A stretch of 64,000 bases of DNA from an uncultured Gemmatimonadales bacterium (GTDB lineage: Bacteria > Gemmatimonadota > Gemmatimonadetes > Gemmatimonadales > GWC2-71-9). Within the stretch, counting starts at the first letter, position 1, and each line of letters begins with the position of its first letter. Shown in pieces: positions 1 to 10,700 of the stretch. Where the stretch lies: contig CAVSQW010000015.1 in assembly GCA_963730185.1 (NCBI GenBank), positions 320,001 through 384,000 on the forward strand. The letters run 5' to 3'. The position numbers were made by a program, and so were the translations under genes. Below the pieces are notes generated by a model. It saw only the letters and a list, made by a program, of their open reading frames with translations, ran no database searches and was not told the origin of the DNA.

Positions 1-215
1 AGCCCGATGGGCGTCCGGCGGACCTGGAAGCTGTTGGTGCCGATCATCGCCCCGGTCAGGTTCTCCCGGACGTAGGCGTTCATCCCCTGGATGATGGCGA
101 CGACGGTCACCAGGAAGCCGACTGAGACGACGATCCCGAGCACGGTGAAGAACGACCGGAGCTTGGCGGTCCGAATGGCGTCGACGGCCAGGCGGATGGC
201 TTCGAAGTAGGGCAC
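1..215 (-). CDS. ABC transporter permease, MacB/FtsX family (N-terminal part; runs off window start)
   Basis: Manual translation from GTG at 215: MPYFEAIRLAVDAIRTAKLRSFFTVLGIVVSVGFLVTVVAIIQGMNAYV, clearly paralogous to the N-terminus of the permease at 2076-3317. Confidence 0.85.
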   Translation of the reverse strand, partial: MPYFEAIRLAVDAIRTAKLRSFFTVLGIVVSVGFLVTVVAIIQGMNAYVRENLTGAMIGTNSFQVRRTPIG

Positions 216-230
216 GGGGGAAATGTAGGC

Positions 231-280
231 GGGGACGGGGAGGGACGGGGAGGGATGGGGAGGGATGGGGCGGGATGGGG
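231..280 (+). repeat. G-rich decamer tandem array (NGGGAYGGGG x5), left arm of an inverted pair
   Basis: ggggacgggg agggacgggg agggatgggg agggatgggg cgggatgggg read directly. Confidence 0.9.
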
Positions 281-354
281 GGAGGCGGCGGGAAAATGGT
301 CCGGTAGGCGCTTAGTTGGTGCGCTGGGTGCCGGGCTTCGATCGAGTTTGATGA

Positions 355-720
355 ATGCGGGTCTACGAGCGGTTGGTCGCCTGGCAACGGTGCCACGAGT
401 TGGTGCTCTCGGTGTATCGGCTCACCCGGGCGTGGCCGGGGGACGAGCGCTACGGGTTGACGAGGCAGAGTCGGCGGGCTGCCGCCTCGGCGGCCGCGAA
501 CATCGCGGAAGGCGCCGCCCGGTCAGGGCGACGCGAGTACGCTCGGTTTCTCGAAATCGCGGTGGGCTCGCTGGCCGAGCTCTCGTACTGGATCCGCCTG
601 GCCAACGACCTCGGGTACCTCGAGGCCGATCGCGCAGCCGAACTCGAGGGCCTCCGTGCTCGCGCCGCCGCCCTGACCTGGCGGCTCTACCGACGTATCA
701 AGGCAGGCCCCGGCACCTAG
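355..720 (+). CDS. Four helix bundle protein (23S rRNA intervening-sequence protein family, bAvd-like fold)
   Basis: 121 aa with YERLVAWQ, ERYGLTRQSRRAAASAAANIAEG and FLEIAVGSLAEL motifs typical of the family. Confidence 0.9.
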   Translation: MRVYERLVAWQRCHELVLSVYRLTRAWPGDERYGLTRQSRRAAASAAANIAEGAARSGRREYARFLEIAVGSLAELSYWIRLANDLGYLEADRAAELEGLRARAAALTWRLYRRIKAGPGT

Positions 721-760
721 CCACGCCCCTCCCCATCCCTCCCCATCCCTCCCAACCCCC
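721..760 (-). repeat. C-rich decamer array (CCCCATCCCT), right arm, inverted relative to 231-280
   Basis: ccacgcccct ccccatccct ccccatccct cccaaccccc; the exact units are the reverse complement of AGGGATGGGG. Confidence 0.9.
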
Positions 761-2079
761 TACTCGTACCTCAACGCATCCACCGGATCCAGCCTCGCCG
801 CCTTGTTCGCCGGATAGAGCCCGAAGAACACCCCCGTCACCGCCGAGGCCGCCAGGGCGGCGACGACGGACCAGAGCGGGACCGAGGCCGGGATCGGGGT
901 GAAGTGCTGCACCGCCCACGCGATGCCAGCGCCCAGGGCCATGCCGATCGCGCCGCCGAGGAGCGTCAGCGTGGCGGCCTCGACGAGGAACTGGAACATG
1001 ATCTCCCGGCGGGTGGCGCCCAGCGCCTTCCGGACGCCGATCTCCCGGGTCCGTTCGGTCACCGAGATCATCATGATCGCCACCACGCCCACGCCGCCGA
1101 CCAGGAGGCCCACGCTGGAGAGGGCCAGCATCACCAGGAAGAAGCCGCCGGTGACCTTGTTGAAGGTCTCCAGGAGCTTGTCCTGGGTGACGATCGCAAA
1201 GTTGTTGTCCTTCCCCGGGCCGAGGCCCCGGCTCGCGCGGAGGGCCGAGATGACCTCGTCCTGCGCCACGCTCACCGCGACGGTATCGGCGGGCCGGACC
1301 AGGACCATCAGCCAGCCGCGGTCGAACTCGGCCACCTTGGTGAAGGTGGTGTGGGGCAGGACTACGACCGGAAAGTCGGAGTCGGAGAAGAGGCTCGCGG
1401 CCTCGACGTAGAGGCCGACGACGGTCATCGGAATGCCGTTGACCTTGACCCGGCGCCCGAGGGGGTCGAGCTGGCCGAAGAGCCGCTTGGCGACGTTGTC
1501 GTTGATGAGCGTGACCGGCGCCCCGGCGGCGAACTCCACCTGGGTGAAGTTCCGGCCCGCCCGGAGCGTGCCCCCCGCCACCCGGAGCAGGTTGGGCGTC
1601 GCGCCCACGATGTTGACCGAGCTCAGGTTGACCGAGCCGGCCGAGACCGGCCCTCCGGTGTCCTCGCGCCACCCTACCTGTTCGACGCCGGGGAGCCGCT
1701 GGAGCATCCGGGCTTCGGCCACGGTGATCGGCGGGTTCCGCCGCCAGGGGCTCATCTCGTCCGAGCCGTCGCTCACCTGGACGCCGCCCCGGAAGAACCG
1801 CTGGACGAAAAAGGTCCTGGGGCCGGCCTGCTCGATCATCCCGCTGACCGCGTTGTTGATCCCGGTGATCATCGACGCCATCGCAATGACCACCATCACG
1901 CCGATGGCCACCCCCAAGATGGTGAGGGCGGCCCGGGCCTTGTTGACCCGGATCGACTCGAGCGCGATCCCGACCCCTTCGAAGAGCCGGGCCGGATCGA
2001 GGAGGCTGACCCGGCCGATCCGGCGCCGAGCCGGGGCGGGGGCGCCGCCGCCCCGCCAGTCCATCACTCCGCCGGTCAT
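760..2079 (-). CDS. ABC transporter permease, MacB/FtsX family
   Basis: VGGVGVVAIMMISVTERTREIGVRKALGA and YPANKAARLDPVDALRYE; ATG at 2079 overlaps the upstream stop (ATGA). Confidence 0.93.
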   Translation of the reverse strand: MTGGVMDWRGGGAPAPARRRIGRVSLLDPARLFEGVGIALESIRVNKARAALTILGVAIGVMVVIAMASMITGINNAVSGMIEQAGPRTFFVQRFFRGGVQVSDGSDEMSPWRRNPPITVAEARMLQRLPGVEQVGWREDTGGPVSAGSVNLSSVNIVGATPNLLRVAGGTLRAGRNFTQVEFAAGAPVTLINDNVAKRLFGQLDPLGRRVKVNGIPMTVVGLYVEAASLFSDSDFPVVVLPHTTFTKVAEFDRGWLMVLVRPADTVAVSVAQDEVISALRASRGLGPGKDNNFAIVTQDKLLETFNKVTGGFFLVMLALSSVGLLVGGVGVVAIMMISVTERTREIGVRKALGATRREIMFQFLVEAATLTLLGGAIGMALGAGIAWAVQHFTPIPASVPLWSVVAALAASAVTGVFFGLYPANKAARLDPVDALRYE

Positions 2080-3317
2080 TCGGCCCTCAACGCGTCGATC
2101 GGATCGAGCTTGGAGGCGCGGTTGGCCGGGTAGACGCCGGCCACCATTCCGACGAACACGCCCAGGAAGACCCCCAGTCCCACCGACCAGGGCGCGACGG
2201 CCGCCGGGAGCGGCGTAAAGGCCTTGACGGTGTAGGCGAGCAGGATCCCGAGGCCGATGCCGATCCCGGCGCCGACGGCCGAGACAGTGGCCGACTCGAT
2301 GATGAACTGCGCCAGGATGTCCCGTCGCTTGGCGCCAAGCGCCTTTCGGATCCCGATCTCCCGGGTCCGTTCGGTCACCGCCATCAGCATGATGTTCATG
2401 ATCACGATCCCGCCCACCACCAAGGAGATCGCCACCAGCCCGGGGAGCGCCGCGAACAGGACCGCCGAGATCTTCCGCCAGCCGGAGAGGGCGCCTTCGG
2501 CGGTCTGGAGGGCGAAGTTGTCCCCCTGATTCGGCCGGAGGCGGCGGCGGACCCGCATGATCTCCTCGGTCTGGTTCACGGCCTGCGTCATCTGCCCGGG
2601 GCCTGAGGCCTGGACGTGGAACTCGTCCATGAAACCGTACCGGCAGGCGGCCCGCTGGGCCGGCGAGTCGAACGGGGCGACCGCGAACTTGTCGAGCGAG
2701 ATCCCGAAGAGGGTTCCCTGCTTGGCGACCACGCCGATGATCCGGTACGGCAGCCCGTCGATGGTGACCTTCTTGGTGAGCGGATCGACCCCGGGGAAGA
2801 GGCCCTCGGCCACGTCGAAGCCGAGCACCACGACCGGCATCCCGACCTTGGCCTCCTGGGGCGTGAAGGGGCGGCCGGCCGCGAACTCCCAGTCCTTGAT
2901 CCGGAAGTAGGCCGGGTCGGTGACGGTGACCCGAATCTGCTTCGCGGTCTTGCCCTCGGCCATGATCGGGAGCTGCTCGTCGCAGTACCGCGAGAACACC
3001 GCCGGGGTGGCGAGCTTGGTCCGGATGGCCTGGGCATCCTGCTCGTTGATCCGGGGGCGGCGCATCCACTCGCGCCACATGTCGTCGGTGATGTTGCCCA
3101 TGTTGAAGTTGGGCATCCGGCGGACCTGGAACGTATTGAGGCCGATCAGCCGGTTGGCGAACTCGTCCTCCATGTACACGTTCATGCCCTGCACGATCGA
3201 CACGACTGCGATCAGGAAGGTGACGCCGATCAGCACCCCGAGCAGGCTGAAGAAGCTCTTGAGCTTCTGGGCCCAGAGGGTGGTGAGGGCCATCCGGAGC
3301 GCTTCGACGATCGGCAT
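2076..3317 (-). CDS. ABC transporter permease, MacB/FtsX family
   Basis: VGGIVIMNIMLMAVTERTREIGIRKALGA and YPANRASKLDPIDALRAE. Confidence 0.93.
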   Translation of the reverse strand: MPIVEALRMALTTLWAQKLKSFFSLLGVLIGVTFLIAVVSIVQGMNVYMEDEFANRLIGLNTFQVRRMPNFNMGNITDDMWREWMRRPRINEQDAQAIRTKLATPAVFSRYCDEQLPIMAEGKTAKQIRVTVTDPAYFRIKDWEFAAGRPFTPQEAKVGMPVVVLGFDVAEGLFPGVDPLTKKVTIDGLPYRIIGVVAKQGTLFGISLDKFAVAPFDSPAQRAACRYGFMDEFHVQASGPGQMTQAVNQTEEIMRVRRRLRPNQGDNFALQTAEGALSGWRKISAVLFAALPGLVAISLVVGGIVIMNIMLMAVTERTREIGIRKALGAKRRDILAQFIIESATVSAVGAGIGIGLGILLAYTVKAFTPLPAAVAPWSVGLGVFLGVFVGMVAGVYPANRASKLDPIDALRAE

Positions 3318-4021
3318 CAGGCCGCCTCGACTCGCTCCTGTCGGACGTCGGAGGCGATCCGGCCGTCGCGGAGGGTGACGACCCGGGCCGCATGCGCGGC
3401 GATGTCGGACTCGTGGGTGACCAGCACGATGGTCTGCCCCTGCTGGTGCAGGAGATCGAACACCCGCATCACGTCGGCGCTGGTGGTGCTGTCCAGGTTG
3501 CCGGTGGGCTCGTCGGCCAGGAGGAGGGAAGGCTCGTTGACCAGGGCGCGGGCGATCGCCACCCGCTGGCGCTGGCCGCCCGAGAGCTCGTTGGGCCGGT
3601 GGTCCATCCGGTTGCCGAGCCCCACCCGGTCCAGGGCCTGACGGGCCTGCTGCCGCCGTTGGCGGGACGGCATGCCGGCGTAGACCAGGGGCAGCTCCAC
3701 GTTCTGGAGCGCGCTGGCCCGGGGGAGCAGGTTGAAGGTCTGGAACACGAAGCCGATCTCGCGGTTCCGGACCCGCGCCAGGGCGTCGTCCGACATCCGC
3801 GAGACTTCCTGGCCGTTGAGCCAGTACTCCCCCCGGCTGGGCGTGTCGAGACAGCCCAGGACGTTCATCATGGTGGACTTCCCGGAACCCGACGGCCCCA
3901 TGATCGCCACGTACTCGTTGCGGCGGATCTCGAGCGACACGCCCTGGAGGGCACGCACCCGCTCGGCCCCGAGCAGGTACTCGCGCTCGAGATCGATGAC
4001 CTGAATGACGAGGTCGGTCAT
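3317..4021 (-). CDS. ABC transporter ATP-binding protein (MacB/LolD type)
   Basis: Walker [32 protein letters not shown] at 4021 overlaps the adaptor stop. Confidence 0.95.
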   Translation of the reverse strand: MTDLVIQVIDLEREYLLGAERVRALQGVSLEIRRNEYVAIMGPSGSGKSTMMNVLGCLDTPSRGEYWLNGQEVSRMSDDALARVRNREIGFVFQTFNLLPRASALQNVELPLVYAGMPSRQRRQQARQALDRVGLGNRMDHRPNELSGGQRQRVAIARALVNEPSLLLADEPTGNLDSTTSADVMRVFDLLHQQGQTIVLVTHESDIAAHAARVVTLRDGRIASDVRQERVEAA

Positions 4022-5298
4022 GGCAGCTTGGCCGGATTCCCGGTCTTGGTCGCCTTGACCCGGGTGGAGTCCTTGAGGTCGCGCACCACCTGGTACGGGC
4101 CGGCGACGATCGAGTCGCCGACCTTGAGGCCGTCGAGCACCTCGAAGTACTCGTCGCCCGCGATCCCGACTTTGACGGGCCGGAAGGTGGCGACGCCGTC
4201 CTGCACCACGAACACGCCTTCGCGGTCCTTTTCCTGGTCGGCCGTCGAGCTGGCCGGGGCCGAGCCGCCGGCCGGCTTGAGCTCGTTGGGCAGATCCTCG
4301 TGCTGCCGGACGGTCAGCGCGATGATCGGGAGGGCGACCGCCTGGCTCCGGGTGTCGGTCACGATCCGGGCCGTGGCCGAGAGGTCGGGCCGGATCGCCA
4401 CCGGCGGATTGTCGAGGGTCACCTCGACGTCGAAGTCCACGGCCCGGTCGGTCGAGCTGCCCGAGGTCGCGGTCGACGCGACGGTCGCTGCGTTGGAGAT
4501 CTTGGTGACCCGGCCGACAAAGGTGCTGTCCGGGAAGGCGTCGATGGTCACCTCGACCGAGTCGCCCATCTGGACCCGGACCACGTCGGTCTCGTCGACC
4601 TTGACCTTGGCCAGGATCCTCGACAGATCGGCGATGGTCATCAGCCGGCCGGTCTCCCGCGAGAAGGTGCCGGGCACGGCGACCTCGCCCTCCTCGACCG
4701 GGAGCCGAACCACCCGGCCGCTGATCGGCGACACCAGCCGGGTCTTGGCCAGCTGGTCGCGGGCCTCGGAGAGCGAGCCCCTGGCCTGATCCACGCCGGC
4801 CTGCGCGGCGTTGTAGTTGGCCACCCCGACGTCGTACTGCTGCTGCGACTGCTCGACCTGCTCCTGGGAGACCAGCGCCGTGTTGATCTTCCGCATCTCG
4901 ACCCACCGGTCGAGCTGGCGCTTGGCCTGGTCGCGGTTGGTCTGGGCCTGGACCAGCGTCGCCTGGCTGGATGCCAGCAGGCCTTCGAGGCGCTTGACCG
5001 CCGACTCGTACTGGGCCGGATCGATCTGGACCAGGAACTGTCCCTTCTGGACCAGGTCGCCTTCCTTCACCCCGAGCTTGACGATCCGCCCGGTGATGTC
5101 GGAGCTGATGTCGACCTGACTCTCGGCCTCAATCCGGCCGCTGGCGGTAACCGCCGCGACCAGATCACGCTGGCCCACCGTCTCGAGGCGGGCGTCGACG
5201 GCGCGTCCACCCCGTTTCGCGGCGGCGAGGGCGAAAAAGGTACCGCCAATGACGATGATCGCCACCGCGGTCAGACCGATCTTGGTGCCTCGTGACAT
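4018..5298 (-). CDS. Efflux periplasmic adaptor subunit (MacA/HlyD family)
   Basis: N-terminal TM anchor, [17 protein letters not shown], coiled coil, SPISGRVV, operon context. Confidence 0.92.
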   Translation of the reverse strand: MSRGTKIGLTAVAIIVIGGTFFALAAAKRGGRAVDARLETVGQRDLVAAVTASGRIEAESQVDISSDITGRIVKLGVKEGDLVQKGQFLVQIDPAQYESAVKRLEGLLASSQATLVQAQTNRDQAKRQLDRWVEMRKINTALVSQEQVEQSQQQYDVGVANYNAAQAGVDQARGSLSEARDQLAKTRLVSPISGRVVRLPVEEGEVAVPGTFSRETGRLMTIADLSRILAKVKVDETDVVRVQMGDSVEVTIDAFPDSTFVGRVTKISNAATVASTATSGSSTDRAVDFDVEVTLDNPPVAIRPDLSATARIVTDTRSQAVALPIIALTVRQHEDLPNELKPAGGSAPASSTADQEKDREGVFVVQDGVATFRPVKVGIAGDEYFEVLDGLKVGDSIVAGPYQVVRDLKDSTRVKATKTGNPAKLP

Positions 5299-5316
5299 GA
5301 GATCCCTGCCCCGCGA

Positions 5317-6870
5317 CTAGCGGAGTGGCCGGCCCACCGCCAGCTCCAGCGCGGCGATGGCCTTGTGGTAGTCGTACACCGCGTTGATGTAGTCGCCCTC
5401 GGCCCGCTGCAGGTTGTTCTGGGCGTCGGTGACGTCGAGCGCGCTGCCGCTGCCGAGCCGGTAGCGATCCTGCGCCAACTGAAGCTGATCCCGCGACGCG
5501 TCGCGGTTTGCGGTCTGGACCCCGATCGACTGATAGGCGGTCTCCACGGCCAGCAGCCGGCCCTGCACATCGGCTCGGACCTGCAGGGCGCGAGCCCGCA
5601 CGTTCTCTTCGGCGTCGTCCCGCTGGGCTCGGGCCTGCGCCACCTGGAGGTTCCGCGAGAAGTTGTCGAAGATCGGCAGCGACACCCGCACGCTGGCCTG
5701 GAACGGCTGCCGGGTGAAGCTGAAGGGGAAGACGTTGTTCGCGTTCCGGATGGCATCCGCGGTCCCGGGCAACAGGCCATCGCCGGTCGCGTTCAGGTCG
5801 TACTCGCCGAAACAGTCGCCGATCACGCCGCCGTTCGGATATCCGGGTACGCCCCCGCCGGGCAGGGCCTGGATCAGCGAGTTCTGGAACTGGCAGTTGC
5901 CCGCGTTCCGCTGGCCTTGGGCCAGGGCCTGTCCCAGCAGGACATTCTCGTTGGTGAACTGCTGGGTGAATCCCTGCCACGAAGCCGCGAAGCTCAGGCT
6001 CGGCAGGAAGCGGGACTTCTCCGCCTTGAGCGCCCAGGCGGCCGACGATTCGCGGGCTCGGAGGGCCTTGAGCTGCGGGTTCTGCTCCTGGGCGGTCGCC
6101 AGGAGCGGGCCGAGCTGCCAGCTCGGCTCCGACACGGGAAACGAGTCGGCCAGGGCGACCTCGTCGAGGCCCACCGGGATCTCCACGCCCATCCGGCGGA
6201 AGAGCTCGAGCTTGGCCTCCTTCTCGGTCTGATTGGCGCGAAGCAACGCCACCTCGGCGGTGCCTCGCTGCACCTGGGCCTGCTTCACGTCCAAGATGGT
6301 GGCCTGGCCAACCTGGTAGCGGGCCTGGGCCAGCTGGAGGAAGGCCTCGTTCCGCTGGACCTGCTGGCGGGCCACGTCGGTCTGGGCAATGGCCTGAAGG
6401 GTGGTGAAGTACTGGAACGAGATGTCGTAGCGAAGCTGCTCCGTGGCGTTGCCGATGTCTTCCGAGATGGCGTGCTGGAGCGCCTTCTGCTGGCCGGGCG
6501 CGGTCAACGTCCGACCGTCCAACGCCCAGTTGACGTTCACGCCGTACCCGGAAGTCAGCGAGGGCGAGGTCTGATTGAACAGCGAGCCACCGAACGTCGC
6601 GCTGCCGGCGCCCGTGTAGCCGAAGCTGCCGCCCACCGAGAGGCTCGGCAGGAACATCGTCGCGTAGGCGTTCCGAACGCCCCAGCGCGCCGCCCCGGCA
6701 TTGTTCAAGGTCTGCCGGTAGGTCGGGCTGTTCTTCTGCGCCTGCTCGATAGCTTCGGCGAGGGTCAGCGTGGCGCGGGGCGTCGGACGGGCTCCCGCAT
6801 CCGGCTGCTGCGCGGCCAGCGGTGACACCGCGAGCAGGAGGACAGACGCAATCCAGGAGCTTCGAAGCAT
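5317..6870 (-). CDS. TolC family outer membrane efflux protein
   Basis: Signal peptide, two OEP repeats (LAQARYQVGQATILDV; LAQDRYRLGSGSALDV), SLPIFD. Confidence 0.92.
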   Translation of the reverse strand: MLRSSWIASVLLLAVSPLAAQQPDAGARPTPRATLTLAEAIEQAQKNSPTYRQTLNNAGAARWGVRNAYATMFLPSLSVGGSFGYTGAGSATFGGSLFNQTSPSLTSGYGVNVNWALDGRTLTAPGQQKALQHAISEDIGNATEQLRYDISFQYFTTLQAIAQTDVARQQVQRNEAFLQLAQARYQVGQATILDVKQAQVQRGTAEVALLRANQTEKEAKLELFRRMGVEIPVGLDEVALADSFPVSEPSWQLGPLLATAQEQNPQLKALRARESSAAWALKAEKSRFLPSLSFAASWQGFTQQFTNENVLLGQALAQGQRNAGNCQFQNSLIQALPGGGVPGYPNGGVIGDCFGEYDLNATGDGLLPGTADAIRNANNVFPFSFTRQPFQASVRVSLPIFDNFSRNLQVAQARAQRDDAEENVRARALQVRADVQGRLLAVETAYQSIGVQTANRDASRDQLQLAQDRYRLGSGSALDVTDAQNNLQRAEGDYINAVYDYHKAIAALELAVGRPLR

Positions 6871-6916
6871 CGAGTCGCGATCCTTTCCCGTGTGAGCACT
6901 GTGGGACGGCCTCTAG

Positions 6917-6943
6917 TACGCGGCGCGGTGCTCTCAGGTTTCA
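6917..6943 (-). promoter_or_regulatory. Putative ECF-sigma (SigW-like) promoter TGAAAC-N17-CGTA of the tolC operon
   Basis: Minus strand TGAAAC ctgagagcaccgcgccg CGTA, about 45 nt upstream of the tolC ATG, with a GGAAAGGA SD-like sequence in between. Confidence 0.55.
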
Positions 6944-7171
6944 TGTTGAGACAGCATGACCATAAAACCTTGGCATGTTGTCACTTGCGAATGATACCAC
7001 GGGCGAATGCCGTCCGGAACCGCGACAAGACATAACGAAGGGTTCGTGCCGGGGCGGTGGCAGACGACAACCCCTTGTGGGACAAGCGGATCCCGTCGGC
7101 GTGCCGAGCCGGGCCGGTCGCCGACCCGACCGAAGCCGGGACGCCGGATCCCGAAACCGGGACGCGACCGG

Positions 7172-7789
7172 TCAGGGGAGGAGGTCGACCAGTCGGTCCA
7201 AGAGGTGATCGAGGAGGGCGCGTCCCTTGTCGGCGGAGACCGTCAGGCCCGGGGGGATTCGGTCGCGGTCGACGCAGTCGGGGGCGATGAAGAGGAGCAG
7301 CGAGGTGTCGACCTCGCCGCCATGAATGGGCGCCTCCGGGGCGTCGATCAGATCGCCGAAGACGCCGCCGAGCACGTCGATCATCCGGACGGTCCCGATG
7401 GTGCGGATGGTACTGAGGGCCTCGTGGTGACCTTCGCTCGCGTGGGCGGTGAGGATGGTGATGTCCTGGACCTTTGCCTCGGTTTCCCACCCGGCGATAA
7501 GTTCGTTCATCACCCGATGCAGGGTCTTCCGGGTGAGGCCGGCGGCGCCCGGTCCGGCTTCCTCGGACGACGCGTGCACGCCGAAGCCGATGGCCGGCGC
7601 GCGCGGAATGCCGGTGCGGGCGGAGAGGTCGTCCGTGAGTCGCTCCAGGATGATGGTGTCGCAGCCCAGGGGGAGGTGTGGACCTCTGGGCGCCAGCGTC
7701 CCGACCGGGACGAGCAGGCGGGGCGAGCGGGCCAGCATCTCGGCCGCCCGGCCGGGGGTCATCTCACTCAACCGAATCGGATCGTCCAT
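7172..7789 (-). CDS. Creatininase/MftE family protein with degenerate metal-binding motif
   Basis: LLVPVGTLAPRGPHLPLGCDT, PAIGFG and HGGEVDTSLLLFIAPDCV match the creatininase layout. Confidence 0.8.
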   Translation of the reverse strand: MDDPIRLSEMTPGRAAEMLARSPRLLVPVGTLAPRGPHLPLGCDTIILERLTDDLSARTGIPRAPAIGFGVHASSEEAGPGAAGLTRKTLHRVMNELIAGWETEAKVQDITILTAHASEGHHEALSTIRTIGTVRMIDVLGGVFGDLIDAPEAPIHGGEVDTSLLLFIAPDCVDRDRIPPGLTVSADKGRALLDHLLDRLVDLLP

Positions 7790-7792
7790 CTC

Positions 7793-10700
7793 GTGACCTC
7801 GCGCCCCTGGTGGTTGGCCTGTCTGGTGCTGGCGGAGCTCGCCGTGGGCGAGTGGATCCGGGCGCCGGGTCCAGCGGTGGCCCTCGTCGCCGTCGGACTG
7901 CTGGTGGTGGCCGGCGCGACCCTGCTCCGACGGGGGTGGCTGGCACGGACGCTGGCCCTGGCTCTCATCGTCCAGGCCGTCGTGCTCGGGATGGCGGAGG
8001 CCTCGCTCCGCTCGATCCAGCACGACTGGTCGCGAGTTCGCGAGAGTCGGATCACCGCCGCCGCGACCCGCTGGGAACAGGACCTGGCCGGTGCCCGGTC
8101 GGTGGCGGAGCGGCTGGCCGGGCTCGCGCTCCGGGCGGCCGGGCTCGATCGGGAGGCGTCGTTCAACGCCCTGGCCCGCCTGGTAGCGCGGGAGCCGATG
8201 GAGCTCGGCATCGCGGTGCTCGAGCCGGATGGCGTGCCCTACGCCTGGGCCGGGCGTCATCGGCTGGCGCCGGAGGTCGAGGGCGACTCCCTCGATTTTC
8301 GTGCTACCCCATACTACGCGGTGATGGAGTCCCGCCGCCATCTCGCCTCGGGGCGGACGGTGGTGGTGTCGGCGCTGCTGGCGGCGGACTCCACCGTGCC
8401 GGACCAGGGACAGAGCCTGGCCCGCCGGTTCGAGGACGCCAGCGAGGTCGGGCTCATGATCCTGCCGCCCGGGGTGGCGCCCGACACCTCGGACGTGTTC
8501 GACTACGTGGAGCCGACGACCGCGGGTCCGCGGCTGTTGTTCAGCGTGCAGCTCTCGCCCCCGTCGCAGTCGGTGTCGTTCGAGCGGACCCATCGGCGGG
8601 GCTCGGTGCGGGTGATCCTGCTCGCCGTCCTGGTCTGGGGGCTGGGCCTGGTGGTGGCCCGGCCCGGCTCCCCGCGGTACGTGCTCCTGCTCCTCCCGGT
8701 GGCCGCCGCGCTTCGGGTCCCGCTGGGCGAGGCGCTGGGTCTCCCGGTGCTCTTTTCGCCCCGGCTCTTCTTCCATCCGCTGCTCGGCCCGCTCTCGCAG
8801 GCGGCCGGACCGCTCGCCCTGGCCAGCGCGACGCTGGTCGTGCTGGGGCTGGTCTGGCTGGGGCGGCGCCGGTTTACCCACTGGCGTTTCGCACCCGTGG
8901 CCGCGGTGTTGCTGCTGGGGGCGCCGTTTCTGGTGAGTCTGTTGGGTCGCGGGATCCAGGTCCCGACCGATGGCGCCGGGACCGGTCTCTGGCTGGTGTG
9001 GCAGGTCACGATCTTCCTGATGGCGAGCGCGATCGTCACCGTGGCGGCCGGGCTGCTCCCGGCGGCCCGGCCGGGGCGCTGGCGGCACTGGCCGCCGATC
9101 GCGGGGGCGGTCGTGGGCGTGGGCGCGGCGGTGGTGGGGGTGGTGATCTGGAACGCTCGCTACGGTTGGCCCGACTGGTACCCGGTGCTCTGGGCGGTGG
9201 CGCTCGGCCTGGTGATCTGGCCCGGCCGGCGATCCCTCACCCTGCTCGGCCTTGGGGTGTCGGTGGGGAGCGCGGCGGCCCTGATGGTCTGGGGCGCGGA
9301 GGTGGAGAACCGGGTCCGGGCGGCCCGGGCCGATCTCGCGGCCCTGGGCGAGCGGGCCGATCCGATCGCGGTCCCCCTGCTGGAGCGGTTCGCCCGGCAG
9401 ACCGCGTTAGGCGCACCGCCCCAGACCACGTCGGAGCTCTTCGCGCTCTGGCGGACCACGGCGCTGGGCCGCCAGGGCTTCCCGGCGGCGCTCGGGCTTT
9501 GGGGGCCGGGTGGCGAGCTCAAGGCCGAGTTGCGGCTCGACGAGCTCGACCTCCCGGATTCGTTGGTGAGCCGGATGGTGCGCGAGTTCCGGCCCGAGGA
9601 GGAGGAACACATCGAGGCGCTCCAGCGGATTCCCTCGGTGCACTACCTGGCCCTGATCCGGTTGGCGCCGACCACGACCCTGAGTGTCGGGCTCGGGCCC
9701 CGCACGGCCTTGCTCCCCAGGGCCCGGCTGGGGCGATTGCTGGAGCCGGCCCGACCGAGTCGCGATCCCTACCGCCTGACGCTGGCGCCGACGTTCTCAC
9801 TCAACCCGCCCGAGAACGAGGTGCAGCCGTTCCGCCGGGAAGGGTGGGTGGCGCGAGGGGAGCGAACGGTCGGGATGGGCGACGGCTCACGCGACGTGTA
9901 CGCCGCCGTGGAGCTGGGCTCGCCGACGGGGCTCATGGTCCGGGGGGCGCTGCTGGTGGTGATCGACCTGACGGTGCTCTTCGCGCTGGCGGGGTTTGCC
10001 GGGTGGCTCGCCGGCGGGGCGGTGGGGCGGCCGTCGTGGCTTCCCGAGGCACGGGCCTTCCGGAGCCGGATCGCCATGGCGTTGGGCGCCTTCTTCGTGG
10101 TGCCGGCGACCGGGTTCGCGCTGATCAACATCATCGAGATCGCCCAGGACGGCCAATCGCGGCGCGACCTGATGATCGCTCAGACGCTCCGGGATGCGTC
10201 GCCGGCGGCCACGCTTCCCTTGACCCAGGGAGTGCCGCTGGACCAGGCGTTGGAGGGCCTGGCCCAACGGGTCGACGCCAACTTGGTGCTCTATCAGGAC
10301 GGCCGGTTGGTCGCCTCCAACGGCGGACCCAGGCGGATCGCCCTCGGCCTCGGGGACTCCCGCGAGGCGGGCGTCTTCGAGGACTTCGGGCTGGTCAGCC
10401 CGTTGATCGCCCCAAGCGTCTTTCACCGGATCGCGATCGAGGGCGAGCCGACGGCCGTCACTGGCGGGCCCTCGGCCACCCTCCCGACCCGGATCGGCGT
10501 CCGGAGTGTGCGGCTTCCCACCGGTGAGGCCGCGATGCTGGCGTCGCCCCAGGCGATCGCCGATCCGGTCATCACGGCCCAGCAGCTGGACCTGGCCTAC
10601 CTGATGGCCCTGGCGGTGGTGGTCGGTCTCCTGGCCGCGTTGGTGGGCGCCAATCTCTCGGCCCGGGCGCTCTCCCGGCCGGTGGCGGATCTCCGCGGGG

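Noticed and set aside
355..720. Diversity-generating retroelement suggested by the Avd-like fold
   Set aside because: No reverse transcriptase or TR/VR pair seen; similarity between the SusC genes is ordinary paralogy
7007..7792. N-terminal extension of the 1501-aa kinase ORF
   Set aside because: It is the antisense of the creatininase gene; membrane-protein sequence starts at about 7793
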